A program made the position numbers and the translations under genes. A DNA stretch of 64,000 nucleotides from NCBI GenBank assembly GCA_964486065.1, contig CAZAKN010000005.1:60-64059 (forward strand), written 5' to 3'. Shown here piece by piece: positions 9,589 through 18,360 of this stretch. Each line of letters opens with the position of its first letter. Positions within the stretch are counted from its first letter, which is position 1. The notes beneath the pieces are model-generated. The model was given only the letters and a program-made list of their open reading frames with translations, was not told the DNA's origin and searched no databases. The DNA comes from an uncultured Gammaproteobacteria bacterium (GTDB taxonomy: Bacteria; Patescibacteriota; Patescibacteriia; UBA11705; JABHMO01).

Positions 9589-11211
9589 ATGAAGACCAAA
9601 TATCAATCCTATCAATGGAACAAATCTTTGCAGGAAAAGATCAAAAAGGCTGAATCCTTTCATATTTCTTGGCATATTTTGTTTTCAATCTTAATAATTT
9701 TAGCGGTTTCTTTTGGATTAAGAATTTTGGAACACAATTTCTTCTCGGTAAATCAAGAAAATAAACCGGAACCTTGGAACATTCAAGTGGTTTCAGCCGC
9801 GACTTTATCACATCAAGCTGAATTGACTGAGCAATCTCACAGTTTCGTGAATATTATGCCCAATGGAGGTTTTACATTTATTCTAAAATATGAAAATACC
9901 GGCGAATCTACTTGGACGCGTGAAAATGTTTATTTAAAATCATTGACCACAGCTTTAAAATTCAGACATGAATTTTGGCCGGATCCTTTTTTACCGGCAC
10001 AATTGGAAGAAGAAATCGTGGAACCGGGCGAAATCGGCACATTTAAATTCGCTTTGACCGCGCCGGGAAATTATAATGAATATAATGGCGATTTCCTGTT
10101 GGTAAATGACAATATTTTGATCAAAGGTGGCAATGTCAGCTTAACCATGAATGTAGTGGAAGATCCCGCTGCCGCGGCGGAACAACAAAAAAAGCAAGCA
10201 TCCAATCAAATATCTCAAAACAATCTAACTATTAAAAATGTATGTACTCTAAGTTTAAATCCGGAAATTTTAAGTGTAGCCAGTGCATTGTCGGGCAACG
10301 AAGCCCTGGATAATGTAAGTTGTGTAGAGAAATTTTCCCTTCCGGAGAAAGGTCCCGATATCAGGGTCGGGCTTTTTCACTCGGAAGATCCCATTACCAT
10401 TAAAAACGACCACGCTTGGCAAGTTTACGATAAAAACGACAAATTGCTCGCTTCCGTGCCAAAGGATGTGGAATTGACCTTTCATTACCTTGAAGAAAAA
10501 ACGGAATATGTATTTGATTTTATTGACCGAACCGTTCGTACGGATTCTTATTTGAAATTTAATAATTTTAATGATGGAATGTTTACGGTAACCAGTTACG
10601 AAGATAGACCATCTTGGAACACCTCCATCAATTATAATGATTTTATCGGCGATCTGGAGATGCGACATAATGATTCCAAAGATCGCACTTGGTTGATTGA
10701 AATTTTACCGCTGGAAGATTATGTTGCGGGAATTAAGGAAACTTCCAATTATGATCCGGCGGAATATTTGAAAACCATGGCCGTAGCGGCTCGCACCTAT
10801 GCCATGTATCATCATAACAAAGGAACCAAACACGCGAATGAATATTTTGATGTTGATTCATATTACGATCAAGTTTACAAAGGATATGTGGCTTCTCTTG
10901 TTCTACCAAATCACGCTCAGGCCGTAGCCGATACCAGAGGCATTGTCGCCACTTATGATGATAATTTAATCGTAGCGGCCTACTTTTCACGCAGTGACGG
11001 TAGAACTCGCAGTTTCAAAGAAGTTTGGTACAATGATGTTCCGTATTTAATTTCTGTGCCAACTCCTTATACCGCAGATATGGAGCTTTGGGGGCATGGT
11101 GTCGGCATTGACGCTACCGATGCGCGTGCGCATGCAAAACATGAAGATTGGACTTATGATCAGCTTTTGAAATACTATTACACCGGCATTGATTTGGAAC
11201 AAATTTATTAA
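9589..11211 (+). CDS. SpoIID/LytB-domain protein (membrane-anchored cell-wall amidase enhancer / lytic transglycosylase-like)
   Basis: N-terminal TM helix. C-terminal SpoIID/LytB signature YLKTMAVAARTYAMYH ... AAYFSRSDGRTRSFKEVWYNDVPYLISV. Confidence 0.7.
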   Translation: MKTKYQSYQWNKSLQEKIKKAESFHISWHILFSILIILAVSFGLRILEHNFFSVNQENKPEPWNIQVVSAATLSHQAELTEQSHSFVNIMPNGGFTFILKYENTGESTWTRENVYLKSLTTALKFRHEFWPDPFLPAQLEEEIVEPGEIGTFKFALTAPGNYNEYNGDFLLVNDNILIKGGNVSLTMNVVEDPAAAAEQQKKQASNQISQNNLTIKNVCTLSLNPEILSVASALSGNEALDNVSCVEKFSLPEKGPDIRVGLFHSEDPITIKNDHAWQVYDKNDKLLASVPKDVELTFHYLEEKTEYVFDFIDRTVRTDSYLKFNNFNDGMFTVTSYEDRPSWNTSINYNDFIGDLEMRHNDSKDRTWLIEILPLEDYVAGIKETSNYDPAEYLKTMAVAARTYAMYHHNKGTKHANEYFDVDSYYDQVYKGYVASLVLPNHAQAVADTRGIVATYDDNLIVAAYFSRSDGRTRSFKEVWYNDVPYLISVPTPYTADMELWGHGVGIDATDARAHAKHEDWTYDQLLKYYYTGIDLEQIY

Positions 11212-11360
11212 TTGATAAACAATTAAATTTAATATACACGCGATGCGAAACATCGTTATCAAAGAAATTTCTCAGCCTCTCTGAGAGCTGTAACAATTCT
11301 TTTAAGTTTAAAGACCTGCTCTTTGGAAAACAAATTAAAAATTAGAATTTCACCACAACA

Positions 11361-11390
11361 AAAGCGCCCTCGTAAGAGGGTGCTTTTATT
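11361..11390. terminator. Bidirectional terminator hairpin (aagcgccctc gtaa gagggtgctt)
   Basis: Stem-loop with A-run upstream and T-run downstream, between convergent genes. Confidence 0.5.
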
Positions 11391-11408
11391 TGAAAAAATT
11401 TAATTATT

Positions 11409-11951
11409 TTAATCAAACACACCGTATTTTTTTCGGTATTCGGTTACAATCAAACTGATTTGCCGTGCAACTTCAGCCGCATGCGGAATTTGTTTAAAAA
11501 TAAATCTGTTTTTCTCTCCCGCGGTTTGAATCATGATATCGCCGTAATTAAAAACAGTGGGAAAAAAGCCGTCCACATTGGCGGTTATATCCTGCATTCT
11601 AGCTAAATCTTTTTCAGACATCACTCGCGTAAACAGACCTTTTTGTTCAATGTTAATAATCCTTTGATCCGTTACCACCCAAACATCCAAATAGTAATCA
11701 ACAAAATTATAAAAGCTGAACATGACCACAAATAAATAGTAAGCACTGATAATCAAAGTGAAAATCGCGCGAAAACCGGACATCAATAAAAAATTGGTTA
11801 AATAATAAGTTCCCGCCCAAACCGCCAACCCGAAAACCAAAAGGAGTAAGGAAAACATAATCAATTTGGCCGCGTGTACCCAGTGACGACGCAAAAACAA
11901 CAAAACCTTTTCATTTGGTCTTTGATCGGGTATTTGATTTTTTTTATACAT
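11409..11951 (-). CDS. Membrane protein with bacterial PH (bPH_2/YdbT-like) domain
   Basis: Two N-terminal TM helices followed by VVTDQRIINIEQKGLFTRV...YGDIMIQTAG, typical of bPH_2. Confidence 0.5.
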   Translation of the reverse strand: MYKKNQIPDQRPNEKVLLFLRRHWVHAAKLIMFSLLLLVFGLAVWAGTYYLTNFLLMSGFRAIFTLIISAYYLFVVMFSFYNFVDYYLDVWVVTDQRIINIEQKGLFTRVMSEKDLARMQDITANVDGFFPTVFNYGDIMIQTAGEKNRFIFKQIPHAAEVARQISLIVTEYRKKYGVFD

Positions 11952-11968
11952 ATGAACTTAAATTATAA

Positions 11969-12229
11969 TTACTCAAATGATGAATTCAATAATCCGCTCA
12001 CTTCACCATACAACCTTATTTCCGCGTTCCAATCAATCTGCGCGATATAATAAAAACAAATAAACAACACGACCAAAGTAACAATGATATAGATAAAGGT
12101 CAACAAACTACCGCCAAAACTTCGGAACCCGAAACGAAACACATGATATAAATTAAAAAAAGTAAAAAATAAAAATATCAATAAGTAAACAATAAACAGT
12201 AATAAGAATACATATAAAGAAACTGTCAT
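11969..12229 (-). CDS. Small hydrophobic membrane protein (hypothetical)
   Basis: 86 aa with two or three TM helices, immediately downstream of ruvB. Confidence 0.3.
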   Translation of the reverse strand: MTVSLYVFLLLFIVYLLIFLFFTFFNLYHVFRFGFRSFGGSLLTFIYIIVTLVVLFICFYYIAQIDWNAEIRLYGEVSGLLNSSFE

Positions 12230-12230
12230 A

Positions 12231-13265
12231 TTAAATTAAGGTATTTTCTTTTTTTATTTTTAAATGCTCGTAAGCTTTGTCGGTCGCCGTGCGACCACGA
12301 CCGGTGCGATTGATAAAACCGAGTTGCAATAAATATGGTTCATAAACATCTTCAATGGCTGACATTTCTTCAGAGGTGGAAGCGGCAATGGTGTTTAATC
12401 CGACGGGTCCGCCTTTAAATTTCTCAATTATGGTTGAGAGAATTTTACGATCTACTTGATCTAGTCCAAGTTCATCAATTTTCAGCATGTCCAAAGTTTT
12501 TTCCACTACCGAAGCGTCTATTTGCCCCTTGTTTTTCACTTCTGCGTAATCTCGCACTCGTTTCAAAAGACGGTTGGCGATACGCGGAGTTTTTCTCGCT
12601 CTTTTGGCTATCTCCAAACTGCAATCATCGGCAAACTCCACGCTTAAAATCTTGGCAGCGCGTCTGACGATCAAGTCAATATCTTCATGATTATAAAATT
12701 CCAAATGATAAACATTACCAAAACGATCACGAAGTGGAGAAGACAATTGAGACAATTTCGTGGTGGCTCCGATCAAAGTGAATTGAGGCAAATCCAATCT
12801 CAATGTGCGAGCGCTGGGCCCTTTGCCAATCACAATATCCAGCACAAAATCCTCCATGGCTGAATACAAAATTTCTTCCACCACTTTGTTCATGCGATGT
12901 ATTTCATCAATAAATAAAATATCGCCTTGTTCCAGATTGGTTAATATCGCAGCCAAATCTCCGCTTTTTTCCAAAGCCGGACCGGTAGTCACCTTTAAAT
13001 TTCCGCTCATTTCCCGAGCAATAATATGCGCCAAAGTGGTTTTGCCCAAACCGGGAGGTCCGTAAAGCAAAACATGTTCAATCGGTTCACCGCGCATTTT
13101 CGCAGCTTTCATAAAAATATCCAAATTTTCTTTAATCTGCAATTGCCCCACAAATTCATTCAAACATTGCGGTCTTAAAGTAATATCCAAAATATTTTCA
13201 CTGTTTTGCTCTTCCGGATCAACCAATCTGTTTTCATTATTTTCATTTAAATTTGACTCTATCAT
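12231..13265 (-). CDS. ruvB: Holliday junction branch-migration helicase RuvB
   Basis: Walker [18 protein letters not shown], Walker [10 protein letters not shown], and RuvB-type sensor/arginine-finger regions. Collinear with RuvB along the full length. Confidence 0.95.
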   Translation of the reverse strand: MIESNLNENNENRLVDPEEQNSENILDITLRPQCLNEFVGQLQIKENLDIFMKAAKMRGEPIEHVLLYGPPGLGKTTLAHIIAREMSGNLKVTTGPALEKSGDLAAILTNLEQGDILFIDEIHRMNKVVEEILYSAMEDFVLDIVIGKGPSARTLRLDLPQFTLIGATTKLSQLSSPLRDRFGNVYHLEFYNHEDIDLIVRRAAKILSVEFADDCSLEIAKRARKTPRIANRLLKRVRDYAEVKNKGQIDASVVEKTLDMLKIDELGLDQVDRKILSTIIEKFKGGPVGLNTIAASTSEEMSAIEDVYEPYLLQLGFINRTGRGRTATDKAYEHLKIKKENTLI

Positions 13266-13332
13266 ATTTTGACTAAAGTTAAACCACTGCTACAATGGTT
13301 CCGTGTAATTCATTTTATCATGAAATCAAGAT

Positions 13333-13815
13333 ATGAAAAAGCAACCAAATCATAAATTAATCATTATCGCCAACCGTATTCGCAGTTTGTATAATGTGGG
13401 CGCGATTTTTCGCACTTGCGATGGCTTGGGCGTGGAAAAATTGTATTTAACCGGTTATACGGCCACCCCAAAAACAAAACCCGTACAATTAAGCAAAACT
13501 GCTCTGGGCGCGGATCAAAGCGTTCCTTGGTGTCACAGTCGCAGTCTCGGTCCAGTAATTACCAAATTAAAAAAACAAGGTTATGAAATAATCGGTTTGG
13601 AAGAGAAAGCGGGAATCAGTATTGATTATCGTGAATGGAAGCCGAATTACAAAACCGTTATTATTTTAGGCAATGAAGTAAATGGTATCTACTCTCACAC
13701 TTTGAAGCGTTGTGATAAAGTGGTTCATTTGCCCATGTCGGGCATAAAAAAAAGTCTGAATGTCAGTGTGGCTTTCGGCGCCATCGGCTACTATTGGCGA
13801 CAATTTCAAGATTGA
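13333..13815 (+). CDS. SpoU/TrmH-family RNA 2'-O-methyltransferase
   Basis: SPOUT-fold motifs: LGNEVNGI and a C-terminal trefoil-knot region. Confidence 0.7.
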   Translation: MKKQPNHKLIIIANRIRSLYNVGAIFRTCDGLGVEKLYLTGYTATPKTKPVQLSKTALGADQSVPWCHSRSLGPVITKLKKQGYEIIGLEEKAGISIDYREWKPNYKTVIILGNEVNGIYSHTLKRCDKVVHLPMSGIKKSLNVSVAFGAIGYYWRQFQD

Positions 13816-13840
13816 CAAAAGAGATTTTTCCTGCTATCTT
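13812..13840 (+). promoter_or_regulatory. Candidate sigma70-type promoter (TTGACA-17nt-TATCTT)
   Basis: Perfect -35 TTGACA at 13812-13817, 17-nt spacer, -10-like TATCTT. Lies upstream of a small ORF with an AAGGAG RBS. Confidence 0.35.
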
Positions 13841-13873
13841 ATGGTCATGTTCATTTATATAAGGAGAAGCAGA

Positions 13874-14002
13874 ATGACCCCGAAAAATCAGGAAAGAGTA
13901 CAATTCCTTTGGGAACTGAGCATTGTCTTGGTTGCCTATCCCGTAATGATCGGCGTGGCGGTGGGAAAAGCTCTTTTCGGCTGTAACGCCGATAACCGAT
14001 AA
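13874..14002 (+). CDS. Small (42 aa) membrane protein, hypothetical
   Basis: Strong SD AAGGAGAAGCAGA before the ATG at 13874. Single TM helix (LWELSIVLVAYPVMIGVAVG). Corresponds to the inner part of track ORF 13760-14002. Confidence 0.3.
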   Translation: MTPKNQERVQFLWELSIVLVAYPVMIGVAVGKALFGCNADNR

Positions 14003-14024
14003 ACCTTCACCGGAGAAAGAACAC

Positions 14025-14300
14025 ATGCAAAAACCTGTTGAATTTGACTCCTCGGAAAAACCATTGACCACGGAAGAACTATTGGAGCTTCTGAAAAAAC
14101 CGGAGAGTGAAATCCCGTGCTTGGATGCCAATAAGTCACCTTGCGTTGGTTGCGAATTTGAATCTCAAGATAAAAATCTTGACCCTTGCAATCTTGATTG
14201 TCCCGAGGACATTTGTCCTCGCCTGAAAAAATATCAACAGCTCCACTTTTTGCCTTTTGGCGGACATCTTCGCCCGAGTATTTGGGAGCTCTTTATTTAA
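14025..14300 (+). CDS. Small Cys-rich hypothetical protein
   Basis: GGAGAAAG RBS before the ATG. Contains CVGCEFES...CNLDCPEDICPR cysteines. Followed by a terminator hairpin. Confidence 0.3.
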   Translation: MQKPVEFDSSEKPLTTEELLELLKKPESEIPCLDANKSPCVGCEFESQDKNLDPCNLDCPEDICPRLKKYQQLHFLPFGGHLRPSIWELFI

Positions 14301-14313
14301 AACCAAAAAATCA

Positions 14314-14341
14314 ATGCGACTATTATGTCGCATTTTTTTAT
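14314..14341 (+). terminator. Rho-independent terminator (atgcgac tattat gtcgcat + T7)
   Basis: 7-bp perfect stem plus TTTTTTT directly after the 14025-14300 CDS. Confidence 0.55.
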
Positions 14342-14379
14342 TAAACAAAAAAGCGATCAAATTAATCGCTTTTTTGTCC

Positions 14380-14466
14380 TGGTGCCTCGGGCCGGAATCG
14401 AACCGGCACGATATTGCTATCACGGGATTTTAAGTCCCGCGCGTCTACCAATTCCGCCACCGAGGC
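14380..14466 (-). tRNA. tRNA-Leu (anticodon UAA), with long variable arm and encoded CCA
   Basis: Reverse complement reads GCCTCGGTGGCGGAATTGGTAGACGCGCGGGACTTAAAATCCCGTGATAGCAATATCGTGCCGGTTCGATTCCGGCCCGAGGCACCA. Cloverleaf with 7-bp acceptor stem and anticodon loop CTTAAAA. Confidence 0.85.
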
Positions 14467-14491
14467 CTATACGAAGATTTTATAAAAAAAA

Positions 14492-14567
14492 TGGAGCGGG
14501 AGACGGGACTCGAACCCGCGACCTCAACCTTGGCAAGGTTGCGCTCTACCAACTAAGCTACTCCCGC
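14492..14567 (-). tRNA. tRNA-Gly (anticodon GCC)
   Basis: Reverse complement reads GCGGGAGTAGCTTAGTTGGTAGAGCGCAACCTTGCCAAGGTTGAGGTCGCGGGTTCGAGTCCCGTCTCCCGCTCCA. Anticodon loop TTGCCAA. Confidence 0.85.
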
Positions 14568-14687
14568 AAATGTTCGCGACCAATCCAATTGCCTGATTAT
14601 CAAACCACGAAACAGATTTGTTGAAAAATTATATCAAAATTTCCGCAATTGTCAATCAAAAAATTCCGACGCGAAATCAAGATCTAA

Positions 14688-15815
14688 TTATTGCTTGATC
14701 GGCATGATGATATACAGAAAGCCCGTATCTTCCTTCCCTTTAATCGTACACGGAATATTATCATCAACTAAACTTATTTCCACCAAATCTTTTCCAATAT
14801 TATTTAATCCCTCCAAAAGGTATCGGAAATTTAAAACCGTTTCATTAACTTCACCTTGATATTCAACTTCCAGCATGGTGCTACTTTCTCCGACTTGAGC
14901 GTTATTGGCTTTTATTTCCAATCCGCGTCCCGGATCAAAAATCAGATTGATATCAAATATTCCGGTTTTGGAAAAAAGCGCCACGGTTTTTACGGCTTTC
15001 AATAATTCCGCTCTGTCAATTATAACTGAAGTTTTTCTTTCCGTGGGAATAATTTGCTTATAATCTGGATATTCTCCTTCAATTAAACGAGAAATCAATT
15101 CCACTCCGCCGATATTGAATAAAATCTGATTCTCCGACAAATAAATTTCCAAATTCGTATCTTCCGCGTTTTGCTCTTTGAAGTTTCCGATTATTCGCAA
15201 GACTTCTTGCAATGTTTTGGCCGGTACTATAACTTTTTTTTCTTCCTCCGAACCCGCGACTTGCAGATTTGTTTCAGACAAACGATAGCTGTCCGTTCCA
15301 ACCAAAGTCAAATTGTTTTTTGCTTGACCGTTAAATGACATTAACACGCCACTTATTTCCGGACGACTTTCAGAAGAAGAAACTGCGAATAAAACTTGAC
15401 TGACTGCTTTTTTAAAGGCGACCAAATCAATTTTATAGGGATTGTTTTTTTCAATCTCCGGTATAACCGGAAAATCATCCGCAGCAATGCCTTTAATATT
15501 GGTTTTATGATTTAAACAATTTATTTTTAAAAAATCATCCTTACTTAATTCCAAAGAAACTTGATCATTGGGTAAAAGATTAACATATTCACTTAAAAGT
15601 TTTGATTCAACCGTAAAAATTCCCGGTTCTTCAATTTTACAACGCACATTACAACGAATACCGATTTCCAGATTAGTGGTGGCTAATTTAAGATTTCCAT
15701 CTTTTACTTCCAAAAGAACATTATTTAAAATCGGTAAGTTTAAATTTTTATTTACCAGATGTCCTACGGTTTGCAAACCGAAGTTTAAATTTTCTTGAAG
15801 GCAAGTGATTTTCAT
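14688..15815 (-). CDS. dnaN: DNA polymerase III beta subunit (sliding clamp)
   Basis: 375 aa with three-domain clamp architecture. N-terminus MKITCLQENLNFGLQTV. Located immediately downstream of dnaA. Confidence 0.9.
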   Translation of the reverse strand: MKITCLQENLNFGLQTVGHLVNKNLNLPILNNVLLEVKDGNLKLATTNLEIGIRCNVRCKIEEPGIFTVESKLLSEYVNLLPNDQVSLELSKDDFLKINCLNHKTNIKGIAADDFPVIPEIEKNNPYKIDLVAFKKAVSQVLFAVSSSESRPEISGVLMSFNGQAKNNLTLVGTDSYRLSETNLQVAGSEEEKKVIVPAKTLQEVLRIIGNFKEQNAEDTNLEIYLSENQILFNIGGVELISRLIEGEYPDYKQIIPTERKTSVIIDRAELLKAVKTVALFSKTGIFDINLIFDPGRGLEIKANNAQVGESSTMLEVEYQGEVNETVLNFRYLLEGLNNIGKDLVEISLVDDNIPCTIKGKEDTGFLYIIMPIKQ

Positions 15816-16086
15816 ATTTATTTGTTTATTTATATTATTTAAATATATATATTAATTAATAATAATAATAAGTCTGTGGATGAAGTGGAAAACTATATGT
15901 TTTGCCATGATAAAAGGTTAAGATTCCTTTGCGGATAAGTATGTTTAAAACATTTTTAAAAGATGTGCGTAAGGTGACGAAAAAGAGGATAAGTTTTAAA
16001 GGATGGGTTATGCACAGTTTTTAGAGGATCTTTTCAACATATTTATAAAAGTTTTTCAGGCTTTTATCTACAGAATATACTCAAGA
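15816..16086. promoter_or_regulatory. Candidate oriC segment (dnaA-dnaN intergenic): AT-rich unwinding-element-like tract plus at least four DnaA-box-like 9-mers
   Basis: Five DnaA-box-like 9-mers: TGTGGATGA at 15875-15883; TTATCCGCA (reverse complement) at 15930-15938; TTATCCTC-type (reverse complement) at 15986-15994; TTATGCACA at 16008-16016; TTATCTACA at 16064-16072. Four of the five differ from the TTATCCACA consensus at one position; the box at 15986-15994 has two mismatches. The AT-only run 15836-15870 could act as an unwinding element. Confidence 0.55.
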
Positions 16087-17463
16087 TTAAGCGTACATTT
16101 TTTGTTTTAAAAGGTTGATTTCTTGGCGGACCTTTTCATCCAACTCTATTATTTTATTTATTTTTTCAAAGGCGTGCATGGCTGTGGTGTGATCGCGTCC
16201 GCCGAGTTCGGCGCCGATCATAGGATATGAGCAACCCATTTCTTCGCGCATTAAGTACATCATGATTTGTCTAGGGAAAGCTAAGCGTTTTTCACGACTT
16301 TTGCCGAGCAAGTCATCGTGGCTTATTTCATAAAATTCGGCAATTAAAGACATTAGTTGTTTGGGTGAAACATTACCGCCTTTTTTACTGGAATTGGAAA
16401 GTGAAAACAAAATCTTTTTTACATTTTCCAAGGTTGGGGTAATTTTGTTCAATTGATAATATGCGATTATTTTATTTAAAGCGCCTTCAAGTTCTCTAAT
16501 ATTATTTTGAATGTTTAAAGTCAGATATTGAATAATATCTCTTTCCAATTCAAATTCTTTTTCCACGCACTTCATTTCCAAAATGGCGATACGCGTTTCC
16601 AAGTCCGGTTGAGAAATATCAGCAATCATGCCCCATTCAAAACGAGTTAGCAAACGATCTTCCAGCGTGGGAATGGCTTTTGGCGGACGATCCGAGGTTA
16701 AGACAATTTGCTTTCCGCGCTGGTGTAAATCATTAAAAGTATGAAAAAAAGCTTCTTGCGTGCCTTCTTTTCCGGTTAGGAATTGAATATCGTCAATAAG
16801 TAAAACATCCGGAGTGCGATAAGTGTTGATAAAATCAGCCATTTTGCCGGAGGAAATGGAAGAAATAAAATCATTCGTAAATTTTTCACAAGTTACATAC
16901 AGAATTTTATGATTTTCATTTCGATCTTTGATTTTGTGACCAATGGCCTGCATGAGATGAGTTTTGCCCAAGCCTACGCCACCGTAGATAAATAAAGGAT
17001 TGTAGTTTTCTCCGGGTTTTTCCGCTACAGCGTGTGAAGCGGCATGCGCCAATTCATTGGCTTTGCCCACGATGAAGTTTTGAAAAATATAACGAGAATT
17101 TAGAGTTGAAGTTGTTGTTTGAAAAGAAGGTATGGATATCGTCGGTTGTTCTTTCGGTTGTTCGGAAATGGATTTTTTTAATTCGTTAGCTTGTTTTTCG
17201 TATTCTTTTTTGGTTTGAACTTTGTAAGTGATTTCTTTGACGCGATCTTCAGATTGCGTTTGGATTATTTTGTAAATTTGAGAATGATATTTTTGTTTGA
17301 GCCAAGCTTGTGAAAAAGTGTTGGGGACTCCAACGACAATGCGACCGCCGATATTTTCAATGATGAAAGTGTTTTTGAGCCAAGTGGTAAAGCTGGCTTT
17401 ACTTAAACTTAATTCCAATTCTCCGAGAACGGCTTGCCACAATTGTTCGTTTTTGTCCTCCAT
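16087..17463 (-). CDS. dnaA: Chromosomal replication initiator protein DnaA
   Basis: AAA+ Walker A GGVGLGKTHLMQAIGH, Walker B LLIDDIQF, and a C-terminal DnaA-box-binding HTH domain. N-terminus MEDKNEQLWQ. Confidence 0.95.
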   Translation of the reverse strand: MEDKNEQLWQAVLGELELSLSKASFTTWLKNTFIIENIGGRIVVGVPNTFSQAWLKQKYHSQIYKIIQTQSEDRVKEITYKVQTKKEYEKQANELKKSISEQPKEQPTISIPSFQTTTSTLNSRYIFQNFIVGKANELAHAASHAVAEKPGENYNPLFIYGGVGLGKTHLMQAIGHKIKDRNENHKILYVTCEKFTNDFISSISSGKMADFINTYRTPDVLLIDDIQFLTGKEGTQEAFFHTFNDLHQRGKQIVLTSDRPPKAIPTLEDRLLTRFEWGMIADISQPDLETRIAILEMKCVEKEFELERDIIQYLTLNIQNNIRELEGALNKIIAYYQLNKITPTLENVKKILFSLSNSSKKGGNVSPKQLMSLIAEFYEISHDDLLGKSREKRLAFPRQIMMYLMREEMGCSYPMIGAELGGRDHTTAMHAFEKINKIIELDEKVRQEINLLKQKMYA

Positions 17464-17749
17464 AAGTTTTTGCTTTTTATTTTTAAGATGATTGTAAATT
17501 TTGACTTTTGTATTTTAGCAATTATTGGAATTGTGGACAAGTAACGGAGAATTACACACTTTTTAAAACGCTTGTTGATAGCTTGTTGATAAAAAACATA
17601 TTGCAAAAAAAATAAAACAATATCTAAGTTTTTAAAACATGATTTTAAGCAAGACAAGATTATTGGTTTACGGTTGACAAAAATTTTCAATTTCTGTATT
17701 ATCTACTCATATTATTTTTTAATTAAGCGAAAAATTTACCATAAGCAGT
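17464..17749. promoter_or_regulatory. Second candidate oriC segment / dnaA upstream region with DnaA-box-like motifs and the rpmH promoter
   Basis: TGTGGACAA at 17532-17540. Direct repeat cttgttgata with TGTTGATAG at 17574-17582 and TGTTGATAA at 17585-17593. Rich in A-tracts. Confidence 0.4.
17674..17702 (+). promoter_or_regulatory. Near-consensus sigma70 promoter for rpmH (TTGACA-17nt-TATTAT)
   Basis: TTGACA at 17674-17679, exactly 17-nt spacer, TATTAT at 17697-17702, about 47 nt upstream of the rpmH ATG. Confidence 0.55.
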
Positions 17750-17896
17750 ATGCCGAAAAGAACTTATCAACCGAATACTCGGAAAAAATTGAAAAAACAC
17801 GGTTTTAGAAATAGAATGAGCGATAAAAACGGTCGCCAAGTTTTGAAAAGAAGACGAGATAAAGGGCGCGCCAGCTTGAGTTCATCAGATAGATAA
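17750..17896 (+). CDS. rpmH: 50S ribosomal protein L34
   Basis: Translation [48 protein letters not shown] (48 aa) matches the highly conserved L34. Absent from the ORF track because it is under 60 aa. Confidence 0.9.
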   Translation: MPKRTYQPNTRKKLKKHGFRNRMSDKNGRQVLKRRRDKGRASLSSSDR

Positions 17897-18055
17897 ATTT
17901 CAATATATAAAATCACTCGTTTTTCCGAGTGGTTTTTTATTTGTGTTTGACAAAGATTGTCAAAAATTGTAATTGAACAAAGGGGATTGACAAGAGATCG
18001 CGGATGTGTTTAAATAAATTAATCCTTTATTGCTTAACAAAACAAGGAGTGAACC

Positions 18056-18226
18056 ATGGAAAGGGAAAAAAATCAAAAAAGGAAAAAGCGTCGCTATTAT
18101 ACTCCTCTGGCGGAAATAAAACGACAAATGTTTCTTGATAGTTGGCTTGGACCGGGAACTTACGATGACTTCATGAAAAACCGCAGAGATGAGGATGAGC
18201 CGAAAGAAAAACAAGATGAAAATTAA
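18056..18226 (+). CDS. Small highly basic hypothetical protein (56 aa)
   Basis: Strong SD AAGGAGTGAACC before the ATG at 18056. Translation MEREKNQKRKKRRYYTPLAEIKRQMFLDSWLGPGTYDDFMKNRRDEDEPKEKQDEN. Not in the ORF track (under 60 aa). Followed by a terminator. Confidence 0.35.
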   Translation: MEREKNQKRKKRRYYTPLAEIKRQMFLDSWLGPGTYDDFMKNRRDEDEPKEKQDEN

Positions 18227-18278
18227 TTTTGCCACAAACACGGCGTGGATTTTTCCGCATAATCTTTTTGATAAATAC

Positions 18279-18310
18279 TGATTGGACTTTTCCAATCAGT
18301 TTTTTGTTTT
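18279..18310 (+). terminator. Rho-independent terminator (ctgattgga ... tccaatcag + T-run)
   Basis: 9-bp perfect inverted repeat followed by TTTTTTGTTTTT. Confidence 0.6.
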
Positions 18311-18360
18311 TAATAATTGTTTAAATAAGCTATAATTTAATAAAATTAATACTAGATATT

